Made by a program: the position numbers and the translations under genes. Positions 1-9,487 of a stretch of 64,000 nt of DNA are shown one piece after another. How positions within the stretch are numbered: the first letter of the stretch is position 1; every line of letters begins with the position of its first letter. Below the pieces are notes generated by a model. The model worked only from the letters and a program-made list of their open reading frames with translations. It was not told where the DNA came from and did not search any database. Source of the DNA: an uncultured Chloroflexia bacterium (GTDB lineage Bacteria; Chloroflexota; Dehalococcoidia; UBA2979); NCBI GenBank assembly GCA_963728205.1, contig CAVSIV010000006.1:736001-800000 (forward strand), written 5' to 3'.

Positions 1-400
1 GCTCGGGCGCGAGCCGGTATTCGACGCTGATCACCGCGACGTTCGCCGTGGTGGCGGCCTCCCACAGCGAGACGTCCTGGCCGTCCGCCGCGCCGAGCAC
101 CCAGCCGCCGCCGTGAATGTAGAGGTAGACGCCGTCGACGCGGTCGGGCACCAGGAGCCGCACCGGAACGCGCAGCCCGTTCGCCTCGATGGTGCGCTGT
201 TGCGCCTGCTCGAGCCGCACGAGCGGCCCGCTGACCGCGCTCCCCTTCTCGCGTGCCGCGCGGATGGCAGCGGGCTGCTGGGTGTGCGTCGGCGGCGCCT
301 GCGCGAGCAGCTCCGCCACGCGCGCGTTGAAGGCGCGCGTCTCCTCGCTGACGGCCGTTGGCAGGAAGACGGCGGGATCGACATCGCGGCGGTCGGACAT
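1..400 (-). CDS. alpha/beta hydrolase (HSL-family esterase), truncated by window edge
   Basis: Own translation from ATG at 400: MSDRRDVDPAVF...VYLYIHGGGWVLG...VISVEYRLAPE; contains HGGG oxyanion motif and YRLAPE; GGAGG RBS upstream. Confidence 0.85.
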   Translation of the reverse strand, partial: MSDRRDVDPAVFLPTAVSEETRAFNARVAELLAQAPPTHTQQPAAIRAAREKGSAVSGPLVRLEQAQQRTIEANGLRVPVRLLVPDRVDGVYLYIHGGGWVLGAADGQDVSLWEAATTANVAVISVEYRLAPE

Positions 401-696
401 GCTGTGGCCTCCCCTCGGAGCGCGCGCTGGACGGGCCGCATGGTAGCCGCCCCCGCAACGCGGCGAGCAGCAGTCGTCAGGCTGCTATTTCCAGGGGCGT
501 CGACCGCCGTCGCCGCTTCGCCGCCGATCCGCCGCGCACGACGCGGAGGTCCGGGCGTTCCGGTCGCCGCGCTCTCCCCGAACACCGGGGGCTCACGCGG
601 CCCGGCTCGCCGCCGGCGCCCCCCGGTCGCCTCTGGCGTGCGCCCGGGGCCGCCCGCATACTCACCGCATCACGAGCACGGGGCGAGGGGGCAGCG

Positions 697-1692
697 GTGC
701 GACGGATCTCCATCGGCATCAACTGGCAGGGCGACTTCAACCTGGACGACGTCGTCCAGCAGGCGAAGGTCGCCGACGACGCGGGGGTCGACTCCCTCTT
801 CGTCGCCGAGGCCTGGGGCCGCGACGCCTTCAGCATCCTCGCCGTGCTCGCCCGCGAGACCCACAACATCAAGCTCGGCACGAGCATCGTGAACATCTAC
901 TCGCGCAGCGCAGCCGCGATCGCGCAGCACTTCGCGACGCTCGACGAGATGTCGCAGGGCCGCATGATCATCGGGCTCGGCAGCTCCGGCCCGAACGTGA
1001 TCGAGCACTTCCACGGCGTGAAGTTCGAGAAGCCCCTCACGCGCGTGAAGGAGTACGTCGACGTCATCAACATGCTGATGGCCGAGGAGCCCCTCAATTA
1101 CAGGGGCAAGATCTACGATCTGCAGCGCGGCTTCACGCTCCGCTTCAAGCCGTTCCGGCCGCACATCCCGATCTTCCTCGCGTCGATCACGCCGAAGTCG
1201 CTGCAGCAGACGGCGGCCATCGCCGACGGCTGGTTCCCGATCTTCATCCCGAAGGCGCAGTGGAAGCCGCAGCTGGACGCCTTCCGCGGCTACGTGCGCG
1301 ACGCCGGCCGCAACCCGGACGACGTGATCGTGCGCAACCCCAACGGCGTCACGGTGACCGACAAGCCCGAGCGCGCGCGGGAGGCCACGGCGGCCGGCGC
1401 GTCGTTCTACATCGCGCGCATGGGCGACTTCTACTACGAGCACTTCGTGCGCATGGGCTACGCCGACGAGGCGAACGCGGTGCGCAAGGCGTGGGCCGAG
1501 GGCGGCTCCACCGCCGGCGCGGCCGCGCTCCCCGAGGACCTCGTGGACGAACTCGGCACCGCCGGCTCGGTCGAGGAGTGCATCGACGCGATGGAGCAGG
1601 CCGAGGCGGCCGGCTTCCAGATGCACTCGGTCGGCGTGGCGGAGCGCGACCCGAAGAAGCGCGGGGAGATCTACCGGCAGCTCGTGGGGTAG
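697..1692 (+). CDS. LLM class flavin-dependent (F420-type) oxidoreductase
   Basis: AEAWGRDAF, IKLGTSIVNIYSRS, TLDEMSQGRMIIGLGSSG, IADGWFP motifs; GTG start inferred. Confidence 0.9.
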   Translation: MRRISIGINWQGDFNLDDVVQQAKVADDAGVDSLFVAEAWGRDAFSILAVLARETHNIKLGTSIVNIYSRSAAAIAQHFATLDEMSQGRMIIGLGSSGPNVIEHFHGVKFEKPLTRVKEYVDVINMLMAEEPLNYRGKIYDLQRGFTLRFKPFRPHIPIFLASITPKSLQQTAAIADGWFPIFIPKAQWKPQLDAFRGYVRDAGRNPDDVIVRNPNGVTVTDKPERAREATAAGASFYIARMGDFYYEHFVRMGYADEANAVRKAWAEGGSTAGAAALPEDLVDELGTAGSVEECIDAMEQAEAAGFQMHSVGVAERDPKKRGEIYRQLVG

Positions 1693-2217
1693 CCGAGAGC
1701 GCGTCCCGCCGCCCGTGCCGCCCGTCCGCGGGCCGCGGCGACGGCCCGCCGTGCGGTCCGCGGCGGTGCCACCGCGCCGCGACGTCGACCAGACGCTCGC
1801 CGGCGGCGCTGAGTCGCGCGGTGCGACGCCTCTCTACGGGCGACGTGCGCCCGTCGCCGCGGGCTGAGGCTGCGGGCGCCGTCCAACGATTCCCACGTCA
1901 GCGGTGGCGTCGCGACGACGATCCGATCCACTCCCCGACGGCGAACGCGGCGCCGAGCGCCGCGCCTGAGCGTCTCGGGTGCCGCAATAGCCTCGTGACA
2001 TCACTGGACAGCAGCGACACGCGCCTGTGATCGCTCCACGCGTACGGTATCGCGGGAACCCCGAACGTCACGCGGGGCGCCGCGGTCAGACGCAGCGTGC
2101 CCTTCCCGGAGAAGCAGCGCACAAGCCGCGATGGCCCGCACGGACACGAGCGGCGCCGGTCGTCCCACCGACTTGCAGGCGCCGATCACAACGGAGCAGC
2201 AGTGAAGGAGCAGTCGA

Positions 2218-2631
2218 ATGGCAGACGGGCAGAGCGGCGGACAGCCGTCGGCGACCGAGGAGGCACGCGTCCAGGCGGAGCGCACCCGCGAGCAGGCCGA
2301 GGATCTGGCCTCGCGCGCGAGCGAGCGCGCGGCGCAGGTGGGTGAGCAGGCACGCGCAACGCTCGAGGAACAGAGCGAGCGCGGTCGCGAGCGCGTGGCC
2401 GAGAACATGGACCAGATCGCGGACCGCCTGCGCGGGCAGGGTGACGGCGGACCGACCGGCAAGGTGACTGACCGCGCAGCCGAGGGCATCGAGCGCACCG
2501 CCGGGTATCTGCGCGAGCGGGACGCCGGCGAGATGCTCTCCGGCTTCGAGGGGTACGTGCGGAAGCATCCGCTCCAGGGCGTCGCCGTCGCCGTCGCCGC
2601 CGGCTTCCTCGTTGCGCGAATGCTGCGCTAG
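2218..2631 (+). CDS. ElaB/YqjD(DUF883)-like tail-anchored stress protein
   Basis: Helical charged N-terminus and C-terminal YVRKHPLQGVAVAVAAGFLVARMLR; AAGGAG RBS. Confidence 0.7.
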   Translation: MADGQSGGQPSATEEARVQAERTREQAEDLASRASERAAQVGEQARATLEEQSERGRERVAENMDQIADRLRGQGDGGPTGKVTDRAAEGIERTAGYLRERDAGEMLSGFEGYVRKHPLQGVAVAVAAGFLVARMLR

Positions 2632-2648
2632 ACGGAGGGGGGAGTGAC

Positions 2649-3110
2649 ATGAACGAAGCAGGAACGCGACCCCTTCGCGAAGACCTGCATCGCGGACAGT
2701 CCGAGGTACGCGGAATCGGCAAGGAGACGTCGGAGCTCGCGGCGGACTTCGCCGAGCTCATCCGGCTGGAGCTCGAGCTGGCGAAGAGCGAGCTCGGGCA
2801 AATCGGCAGCAGGGCGGCACGCGGCGCCACGTGGGGCGCCATCGCCGGCGGGACGGGATTCTGGATGGCCGGGTTCCTCGGCCTCGCGGCGATGTTCGCG
2901 CTCGCAATCGTGATCCCGCTCTGGGCGGCTGCCCTCGTGACGGCCGCCGGCTGGGGCATGGTCGCCCTGCCGGCCGCGGCCATCGCGTACGGGCGCATCC
3001 GCCAGGCCACGAGCAAGCCGGAACGCACGATCGCAACGCTGAAAGAGGATCTCGAATGGGCTCGACACCTGGCGACACGGAGCAACGGATCCGATGGCAA
3101 CGGGACGTAA
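2649..3110 (+). CDS. phage holin family / YqjE-like membrane protein
   Basis: LIRLELELAKSE, two TM segments, PERTIATLKED. Confidence 0.75.
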   Translation: MNEAGTRPLREDLHRGQSEVRGIGKETSELAADFAELIRLELELAKSELGQIGSRAARGATWGAIAGGTGFWMAGFLGLAAMFALAIVIPLWAAALVTAAGWGMVALPAAAIAYGRIRQATSKPERTIATLKEDLEWARHLATRSNGSDGNGT

Positions 3111-3463
3111 TCGCGCGCAAGGTCGACCAACTCGAGCAGCGCGCCGAGTCGGACATCAAGCGGGCGCGCCGCCGTGCGGCGTTCCGCGCGACCCACGTGG
3201 CGGACCTGGTCCCCGGCGTCCCGGCGATCGCCCGCGCCGCCCGCGAGCGCCCGCTGCAGGTGCTCGGCGGATCGGTGGCGGCCGGGTTCGCGGTCGGCTG
3301 GTTGACCGGTCACTCGAACGACGGTGACGCGCGTCGCCCGGCGGCCATCGAGTCGCGGTCCTCGGACCATGGCACGGGCCGCGGGTGGCTCTCCCTGGCG
3401 CCGCTGGGGCTGGCCGGTGCGCTCGTCATCCTGTCGCTGGCGCGCCGGTACCGGTCCGAGTAG
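3056..3463 (+). CDS. small membrane-anchored protein (DUF3618/YqjK-like position)
   Basis: MGSTPGDTEQRIRWQRDVIARKVDQLE..., RERPLQVLGGSVAAGFAVGWL; third gene of a typical ElaB-YqjE stress trio. Confidence 0.55.
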   Translation: MGSTPGDTEQRIRWQRDVIARKVDQLEQRAESDIKRARRRAAFRATHVADLVPGVPAIARAARERPLQVLGGSVAAGFAVGWLTGHSNDGDARRPAAIESRSSDHGTGRGWLSLAPLGLAGALVILSLARRYRSE

Positions 3464-3508
3464 GGAACGGCCCGCGCGCCGGCACGCGGCGAGCCGAGCC
3501 GGCCCCCT

Positions 3509-5215
3509 CTACACCGCGTCCACCTCGGCCGGCTCTTCCTCCTCGCGCCCGCGGCGCAGCCGCCCCAGCGCGTCCCCGAGGAAGTCGCCGACGTTGCGCA
3601 GCACCGAGGCGCCCGGCCGCCGCTCGCGGCCCAGCCGTCGCACGCGCTGCTCGCGGCGACGGCGTCGCGCCGATCCGCGGCCGTGCATCGCCTCCGCCAG
3701 CGCCCGGCGCAACGCCGGCGCCAGCAACCGCGCGGCGCCCTGCGCATCCGCCTGGGCACCCCCCGCGGGCTCCGCGACGATCAGGTCGATGGCGCCGAGC
3801 TCCAGCAGGTCGCGCGCCGCGACGCCGAGCGCCTCCGCCACTTCCGGCGCGCGCTCGCGATCGCGGAAGAGGATCGCCGCGGCGCCCTCCGGCGACGTGA
3901 TCGCGTACATCGCGTTCTGCTGCATCAGGATGCGGTCCGCGACCGTCAGCGCCAGCGCGCCGCCCGACCCGCCCTCGCCGATCACGACCGACACCGTCGG
4001 CGTCGTCAGCGACGCCATCGTCGCCAGGCAGTCCGAGATCGCGCCGGCGAGACCGGCCGCCTCGTCCGCGATGCCGTCGTGCGCTCCCGGCGTGTCGACG
4101 AGCGTCACCAGCGGCAGCTCCAGCCGCTCGGCGAGCAGCATCAGCCGGCGCGCCTTGCGGTAGCCCGCCGCCGACATCCGCCCGTCGTGCCGCGCGCCCG
4201 CGAGGTCGAGGTCGCCGCGCTCCTGCCCCAGGATGACGACGTTCGTGTCCCCGATGCGCCCGAGCCCGCCGACCAGCGCGGGGTCGTCCTCGCCGGCCCG
4301 GTCGCCGAGCAGCGGGACGAAGTCCGACGTCAGCCGGTCGATGTACTGCATCGCGCGCGGCCGCCCCGGGTCGCGCGCCCGCTCCACGACCGACCAGCCG
4401 CCGTCGAGGTCGCGCACCTCGACCGGCGGCGGCAGCAGGTCGGGGTCGGGCGGCGCCGGGCGGCGCAGCAGCGTCGCGATGCGGATCAGGTAGTCGCGGA
4501 TCGCGACGCGCGGCAGCACCGCGTCGACCTGCCCGGCCGCGAGCAGGTCCTCCGCGCGCAGCGCCTCGCGCGACTCGCCGGCGTCGTGCACGGCGCGCAC
4601 GCGTGGCCCGGCGAAGCCAATCAGCGCGCCCTGCTCGGCGATGATGACGTCGGCCTGCGTGGCGTACGACGCGTAGACGCCACCCGTGGTCGGGTCGGCC
4701 AGCATCGAGATCATCGGCACGCCGGCCTCGTGCAGGCGCGCGGCCGCCGCGGCGGTCTTCGACATCTGGAACAGCGCGACGATGCCCTCCTGCATGCGCG
4801 CGCCGCCCGAGCACGTCACCGCGATGAACGGCAGGTCGGCATCGCGCGCGCGGTCCATGGCGGTCGCGACGCGCTCGCCGACGGCGTAGCCCATCGACCC
4901 GCCGATGAATCGGAAGTCGCTGACGGCGGCGACGACGTTGATCCCGCCGATGCGCGCCGTGCCGGTGACCACGGCCTCCTCGCCGCCGCTCTTGCGCCGT
5001 GCCTCCTCGAGCCGCTCGGGATACGGCCGCGAGTCGGCGAAGTGGAGTGGGTCGGGGGTCTCGGTGCCGGAGAACTGCTCGTCGAACGAGCCGGCGTCGA
5101 AGAGCAGCGCGATCCACTCGCGCGCGGCGATCGGCTCGAGCGCCGCGGGCGGTGCGCCGGCGGCGGTGTTCGCCCCGGTCGTCTCGGGCGTGGGCATGGA
5201 CGTGGGGTCTGGCAT
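3509..5215 (-). CDS. fused acyl-CoA carboxylase carboxyltransferase beta+alpha subunits (AccD-AccA type)
   Basis: FIGGSMG, SGGARMQEG, PTTGGVYAS, GFAGPRV (beta), then GDRAGEDD, GYRKARR, LVDTPGA, GEGGSGGA (alpha); start uncertain (5215 or 5254). Confidence 0.9.
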   Translation of the reverse strand: MPDPTSMPTPETTGANTAAGAPPAALEPIAAREWIALLFDAGSFDEQFSGTETPDPLHFADSRPYPERLEEARRKSGGEEAVVTGTARIGGINVVAAVSDFRFIGGSMGYAVGERVATAMDRARDADLPFIAVTCSGGARMQEGIVALFQMSKTAAAAARLHEAGVPMISMLADPTTGGVYASYATQADVIIAEQGALIGFAGPRVRAVHDAGESREALRAEDLLAAGQVDAVLPRVAIRDYLIRIATLLRRPAPPDPDLLPPPVEVRDLDGGWSVVERARDPGRPRAMQYIDRLTSDFVPLLGDRAGEDDPALVGGLGRIGDTNVVILGQERGDLDLAGARHDGRMSAAGYRKARRLMLLAERLELPLVTLVDTPGAHDGIADEAAGLAGAISDCLATMASLTTPTVSVVIGEGGSGGALALTVADRILMQQNAMYAITSPEGAAAILFRDRERAPEVAEALGVAARDLLELGAIDLIVAEPAGGAQADAQGAARLLAPALRRALAEAMHGRGSARRRRREQRVRRLGRERRPGASVLRNVGDFLGDALGRLRRGREEEEPAEVDAV

Positions 5216-5306
5216 GGGCCGCTCCGGTGCTGCTGCTGACGAATCCAGATTCATTCTAGATGCAGCGTCGCGGCTGCCTGCAGGGGGTGGACCCGCCGGG
5301 GTCACG

Positions 5307-5450
5307 CGGCGGCACTGGCGCCCCGCCGCGGCGGCGGAGACGCCGCCGATCTGTCGGCGGCACTGGCGCCCCGCCGCGGCGGCGGAGACGCCGCCGATCT
5401 GTCGGCGGCACTGGCGCCCCGCCGCGGCGGCGGAGACGCCGCCGCTCTGT
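5307..5450. repeat. 3 x 48-bp tandem array built from REP-derived palindromes (BIME-like)
   Basis: Unit CGGCGGCACTGGCGCCCCGCCGCGGCGGCGGAGACGCCGCCGATCTGT at 5307, 5355 and 5403 (third copy has 1 mismatch). Confidence 0.9.
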
Positions 5451-5473
5451 CGGCGGCATGTCTGCCGCCGCTT
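5449..5473 (-). repeat. REP-1 copy
   Basis: Reverse complement reads AAGCGGCGGCAGACATGCCGCCGAC; overlaps the TAA stop of the upstream hydrolase. Confidence 0.9.
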
Positions 5474-6323
5474 AGAAGAAGCGCCGCAGCGCTGACACCG
5501 TCACGTCGAGCTGATCGTGGTGCACCCAGTGGCCGGCGTCCGCGACGATCTGCGTGCGCGAGTCGCGGAAGTACTCGTCGAGCGGCTTTCCCTCGTAGCG
5601 GTCGCGGTGGAACGGCGACTCGGTGCCGGCGAGGTGCAGCACCGGGCACTCCACCGCCGCGAAGATGCGCGCCATGTCCTCCGCGGCAATCTCGACCGGC
5701 GAGCGGCCGCGCACCCACGCGTCGAACTTCCACACGTAGCCGCCATCGATCCCGAGCGTCCCCCAGCGCGCGAGATGCATCGCCATCTCGGGGGTGAGAT
5801 GCGGGTTCGCCTCGTGCATGCGGTCGCGCGCCTCGTCAATCGTCGGGTAGACGCGCGGCGTCTGGTGCTCGTACGAGCGCGTGCGCTGCGCCCACTCGCG
5901 GAACCGCTCGGGCGTGACGCGCTCGTCGTGCTCCATGCGCGCACCGGCGCCCTCGATGGAGACGACGCGCTCGAACATCGAGGGGAACGTGCCTGCGGTG
6001 AGCAACGCGATGGCGCCGCCGAACGAGTGGCCGACGACCGTCGCCCGCCCGCCGACCAGCTCGATCAGCGCGACGAGGTCGAGCGCATGCTCGGCGAGCG
6101 AGTACAGGCTGCCGGTCGCGTGCTGCGAGTCGCCGTGGCCCCGCAGATCGCACGCGATCACGTGGTAGTCGTCGCGAAAGGCCTCCGCGACGCGATCCCA
6201 CGACCGCGAGTGGTCGCGACCACCGTGCACCAGGATCAGCGGCGGATGCTCGGCATCCCCCCACGTCCAGTAGGAGAGCCGCAGCCGCTGCGACTGGTAG
6301 TAGTGCTGCCACGGTTCGGGCAC
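5472..6323 (-). CDS. alpha/beta fold hydrolase
   Basis: LVHGGRDH, DLRGHGDS, GHSFGG nucleophile elbow, AGHWVHHD; GAGGAG RBS before GTG. Confidence 0.9.
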   Translation of the reverse strand: MPEPWQHYYQSQRLRLSYWTWGDAEHPPLILVHGGRDHSRSWDRVAEAFRDDYHVIACDLRGHGDSQHATGSLYSLAEHALDLVALIELVGGRATVVGHSFGGAIALLTAGTFPSMFERVVSIEGAGARMEHDERVTPERFREWAQRTRSYEHQTPRVYPTIDEARDRMHEANPHLTPEMAMHLARWGTLGIDGGYVWKFDAWVRGRSPVEIAAEDMARIFAAVECPVLHLAGTESPFHRDRYEGKPLDEYFRDSRTQIVADAGHWVHHDQLDVTVSALRRFF

Positions 6324-6423
6324 AGACGCTCCTCGCACTGCACGGCCCGTGGGAGTCGCTCTCGTTGCACTCCCGGCGCCGCCCGGCTTGACGCGCGCGA
6401 TCGGCCGTCCCTACCGTCGGCGC

Positions 6424-8043
6424 GTGGCCGAGGATACCGGCGCGACAGCAGCCGACGATCAACTGCCCGCGTATGTGCGCGGGCTTCTCGATCCCGCCGC
6501 CTACCCACACGCGCCCTCCCGCGTGACCCCGGTGCAGACGCACATCTCCTATGTCTTCCTCGCCGACGACCTCGTCTACAAGACGAAGAAGCCGGTCGAC
6601 TTCGGCTTCATCAACCAGGTCGACGCCGCCGCGCGCGAGCGCTTCTGCCACGCGGAGGTCGATCTCAACCGCCGCCTCGCGCCCGACGTCTATCTCGACG
6701 TCGTGCCGGTCGTGCGACTCGCGGGCGGCGGCTTTGCGGTCGAGCCGTCGCCCGACCGAGCCGCCGGCGGCGAGGTCGTGGAGTGGGCGGTGAAGATGCG
6801 CCGCCTGCCCGACGACCGCACGCTCGCCGCGCTGCTCGCCGCGCACGACGCGCCGGCCGACATCGTGCCGCGCCTCGTCTCGCGGCTGGTCGCGTTCCAC
6901 GAGCAGGCGCGGCGCGTCCCCAACGACCCCGCCTTCGCCGGCGGCGCGGCGGAGCGCGCGTGGTGGACGCGCGAGTCGGGCGAGGGCGAGGGCTTCATCG
7001 GCCGCACGTGGGACGCGCGCGACGCCGCCCGCACGCGTCGCTTCGCCGAGACGACCGTCGAGAGGGAGCAGGCGCTCTTCGACGCGCGGCTCGCCGACGG
7101 GCTCGTCGTCGAGGGCCACGGCGACCTGCACGCCAACCACGTCTACGTGCTCGGCCCGCGCGTCGAGGACCTCGCGATCGTCGACTGCATCGAGTTCAGC
7201 GACTGGTTCCAGTTCCGCTACCTCGACGTCGGCTACGACGTCGCGTTCCTGGCGATGGACCTCGAGGCGCGCGGCTACCCGGAGCTCGGCGACGAGCTCG
7301 CCGGCCGCTACATCGCGCGGCGGCAGGACGAGACGATGGGCGTGCTGCAGCCGCTGCACCGCGCGTTTCGCGCGTTCGTGCGCGGGAAGGTGGAGTCGAT
7401 CGGCGCGTTCGCGCCCGAGGTGCCGGTCGAAGAGCGGCGGCGGCTCGAGCGCTCCGCCGCGGCCTACTTCCGGCTGGCCGCGCAGTATGCGGATCGGCGC
7501 GCCGACCCGGCCGTGATCGTGCTCGCCGGGCTCTCCGGCACCGGGAAGTCGACGGTCGGCGGGGCGCTCGCGGGGCGCATCGGCGCGGCGATGGTGTCGT
7601 CCGACCGCGTGCGCCGCGACCTCGGGGGGTCGTCGCGCATGTGGCAGCGGTTCGAAGAGGGCGCGTACTCGCCGGAGCTCAGCGCGCGCACCTACGCGGA
7701 GATGCGCCGCCGCGCGGCGGCCCACCTCGCGGCCGGCCGGCCGGTGATCCTGGACGCCACGCACGCGCGCCGCGCCGACCGCGACGCCGCGCAGCAGCTC
7801 GCGCGCGACGCCGGCGTGCCGTCACTGATCGTCGAGCTGCGGCTCGACGGCGCGGAGGCGCTGGCGCGCCTGGCCGAGCGCGAGCTCGCGCAGCACGACA
7901 CGCGCGTCGACCCCGAGGCGTTCCGGCAGCACGTCGGGTCGTTCGAGGCGATCACACCGGCCGAGGGCCGGCTGCTCTCGGTCGACGCCGCGCAGCCGCC
8001 CGGCATGCTCGCGCGCGAAGCCGCCGACGCGCTCGCGGACTGA
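6424..8043 (+). CDS. bifunctional aminoglycoside-phosphotransferase-like / AAA_33 kinase protein (Rv2004c-like)
   Basis: QTHISYVFL, YKTKKPV, HGDLH, DCIEF, then P-loop GLSGTGKST, SSDRVR, VILDATH. Confidence 0.85.
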   Translation: MAEDTGATAADDQLPAYVRGLLDPAAYPHAPSRVTPVQTHISYVFLADDLVYKTKKPVDFGFINQVDAAARERFCHAEVDLNRRLAPDVYLDVVPVVRLAGGGFAVEPSPDRAAGGEVVEWAVKMRRLPDDRTLAALLAAHDAPADIVPRLVSRLVAFHEQARRVPNDPAFAGGAAERAWWTRESGEGEGFIGRTWDARDAARTRRFAETTVEREQALFDARLADGLVVEGHGDLHANHVYVLGPRVEDLAIVDCIEFSDWFQFRYLDVGYDVAFLAMDLEARGYPELGDELAGRYIARRQDETMGVLQPLHRAFRAFVRGKVESIGAFAPEVPVEERRRLERSAAAYFRLAAQYADRRADPAVIVLAGLSGTGKSTVGGALAGRIGAAMVSSDRVRRDLGGSSRMWQRFEEGAYSPELSARTYAEMRRRAAAHLAAGRPVILDATHARRADRDAAQQLARDAGVPSLIVELRLDGAEALARLAERELAQHDTRVDPEAFRQHVGSFEAITPAEGRLLSVDAAQPPGMLAREAADALAD

Positions 8044-8072
8044 CGCGGGCGGGGCCGCGCGTGCCCGCCGTC

Positions 8073-8161
8073 AAGCGGCGGCAGACATGCCGCCGACGGA
8101 ACGCGGACGCAGTCCGCGGCTGGCGCCGCGCGTCGTGTCGGCGGCATGTCTGCCGCCGCTT
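8073..8161. repeat. REP-1 inverted doublet (REPIN-like)
   Basis: AAGCGGCGGCAGACATGCCGCCGAC at 8073-8097 and its exact reverse complement at 8137-8161; spacer holds hairpin CGCGGAC-GCA-GTCCGCG. Confidence 0.92.
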
Positions 8162-8235
8162 TGGCCGCCCCGCTCGCCGGGGGCGGCGCCGGTGCTACAT
8201 TCGGCGCCGTTCGCCCCGTCGCCGAGGAGCCGCCC

Positions 8236-9402
8236 ATGCCCGAGTCCCTCACCCCCGAGCTCGTCGCACTGCGCGACCGCGTGCAGGCCTTCGTCGACGA
8301 CGACCTGCGTCCGCTGGAGGACGCGCTCGGCGACGACCCGGACCCCGCGGTCCCCGACGACACGCGACGCCGCGTGCGCGAGCGCTCCCGCGAGCTCGGC
8401 CTCTTCCAGATGACGCAGCCGGCCGCGTTCGGCGGCGCCTCGACGGGGCCGCTCGCACTCACGGTCGTGCGCGAGACGCTCGCCGCCGCCAACCTCCGCC
8501 TCACCCGCTTCGTCTTCGGCCCCGGCCCGGGCGTGCTCGGGCAGGCCACCGGTGAGCTGCGCGAGCGCTATCTCGAACCGCTGCTGCGCGGCGAGAAGAG
8601 CGGCGCGTGGGCGTTCACCGAGCCGGCCGTCATGGCCGACGGCCAGCGCCCGACGTGGGCGCGCCGCGACGGCGACGACCTCGTGATCACCGGCCGCAAG
8701 GCCTACGTCAGCGGCGGCGCCACCGCCGACTTCTACTCGGTGCTGGTCAACGTCGAGGAGGACGCCGGCGGCCCCGGCGGCACCGCCATGGTCGTCGTCG
8801 ACCGCGACGTGCCCGGGCTGTCGATCGAGCGCGCGTTCCACAGCATGGAGGGCGGCAACCACGTCGAGCTGCACCTCGACGGCGTGCGCGTGCCGCAGAG
8901 CCGCGTGGTCGGCAAGGTGGGCGAGGGCATGCCGCGCGCGCTTGGCAACATCAGCCAGATGCGGCTCGGCATGGCCGCGCAGGCCTCCGGTCTCGCGATA
9001 TGGACGACCAACTACGTCGAGCAGCACATCACCGCGCCGCACCGCAGCGGCGTGCGCCTGGGCGACCGCGAGGGCGTGCGCATGCACTTCGCCGAGATGC
9101 GCATCGGCACCTACGCCGCGCGCGCGATGCTCTACCGCACCGCGCGCCTGGTGGAGGCGGCCGAGCGCGAGGACGAGGTGATGAACGAGGTGATGGCGAC
9201 AAAGGTCTTCACGACCGAGCACGTCGGCCGGGCCGTCGACACCGCGATCCAGCTCGTCGGCGGCCAGGCGCTGATCGTGGGCCATCCGCTGGAGCGGCTC
9301 TACCGCCAGGTGCGGTCGATGCGCATCGCCGAGGGCGCGTCGGACCTGCTGCGCCTCAACCTCGCGCGCGGCCGCATCGAGTTCCACGCGGGCCGGCTGT
9401 AG
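8236..9402 (+). CDS. acyl-CoA dehydrogenase
   Basis: AFTEP, ITGRKAYVSGG, AIQLVGG, LERLYRQVRSMRIAEGASD; GAGGAG RBS. Confidence 0.92.
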   Translation: MPESLTPELVALRDRVQAFVDDDLRPLEDALGDDPDPAVPDDTRRRVRERSRELGLFQMTQPAAFGGASTGPLALTVVRETLAAANLRLTRFVFGPGPGVLGQATGELRERYLEPLLRGEKSGAWAFTEPAVMADGQRPTWARRDGDDLVITGRKAYVSGGATADFYSVLVNVEEDAGGPGGTAMVVVDRDVPGLSIERAFHSMEGGNHVELHLDGVRVPQSRVVGKVGEGMPRALGNISQMRLGMAAQASGLAIWTTNYVEQHITAPHRSGVRLGDREGVRMHFAEMRIGTYAARAMLYRTARLVEAAEREDEVMNEVMATKVFTTEHVGRAVDTAIQLVGGQALIVGHPLERLYRQVRSMRIAEGASDLLRLNLARGRIEFHAGRL

Positions 9403-9487
9403 CGACGTCGGACGCGCCGCCGCGCACAACGACGGCAGGCGCCAACGGCGAGCGGCGAGCCGCCGGCCCGCTGGTATCGTCGGCCAC

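Noticed and set aside
2649-3110. Prophage signal from a 'phage holin family' protein
   Set aside because: It sits in an ElaB/YqjE-type stress trio and no phage genes are nearby
5307-5473. Possible CRISPR array (regularly spaced palindromic repeats)
   Set aside because: The intervening segments are identical rather than unique spacers, the family is dispersed as inverted pairs, and no cas genes are present
6424-8043. Aminoglycoside resistance gene
   Set aside because: Widespread kinase-fold/AAA family; resistance cannot be inferred from the motifs
5517-8555. Very long Arg/Ala/Pro-rich ORFs (e.g. 5517-8555, 13811-17020, 40444-44091, 41367-44465)
   Set aside because: Shadow frames of GC-rich genes with no motifs; they overlap well-supported CDS
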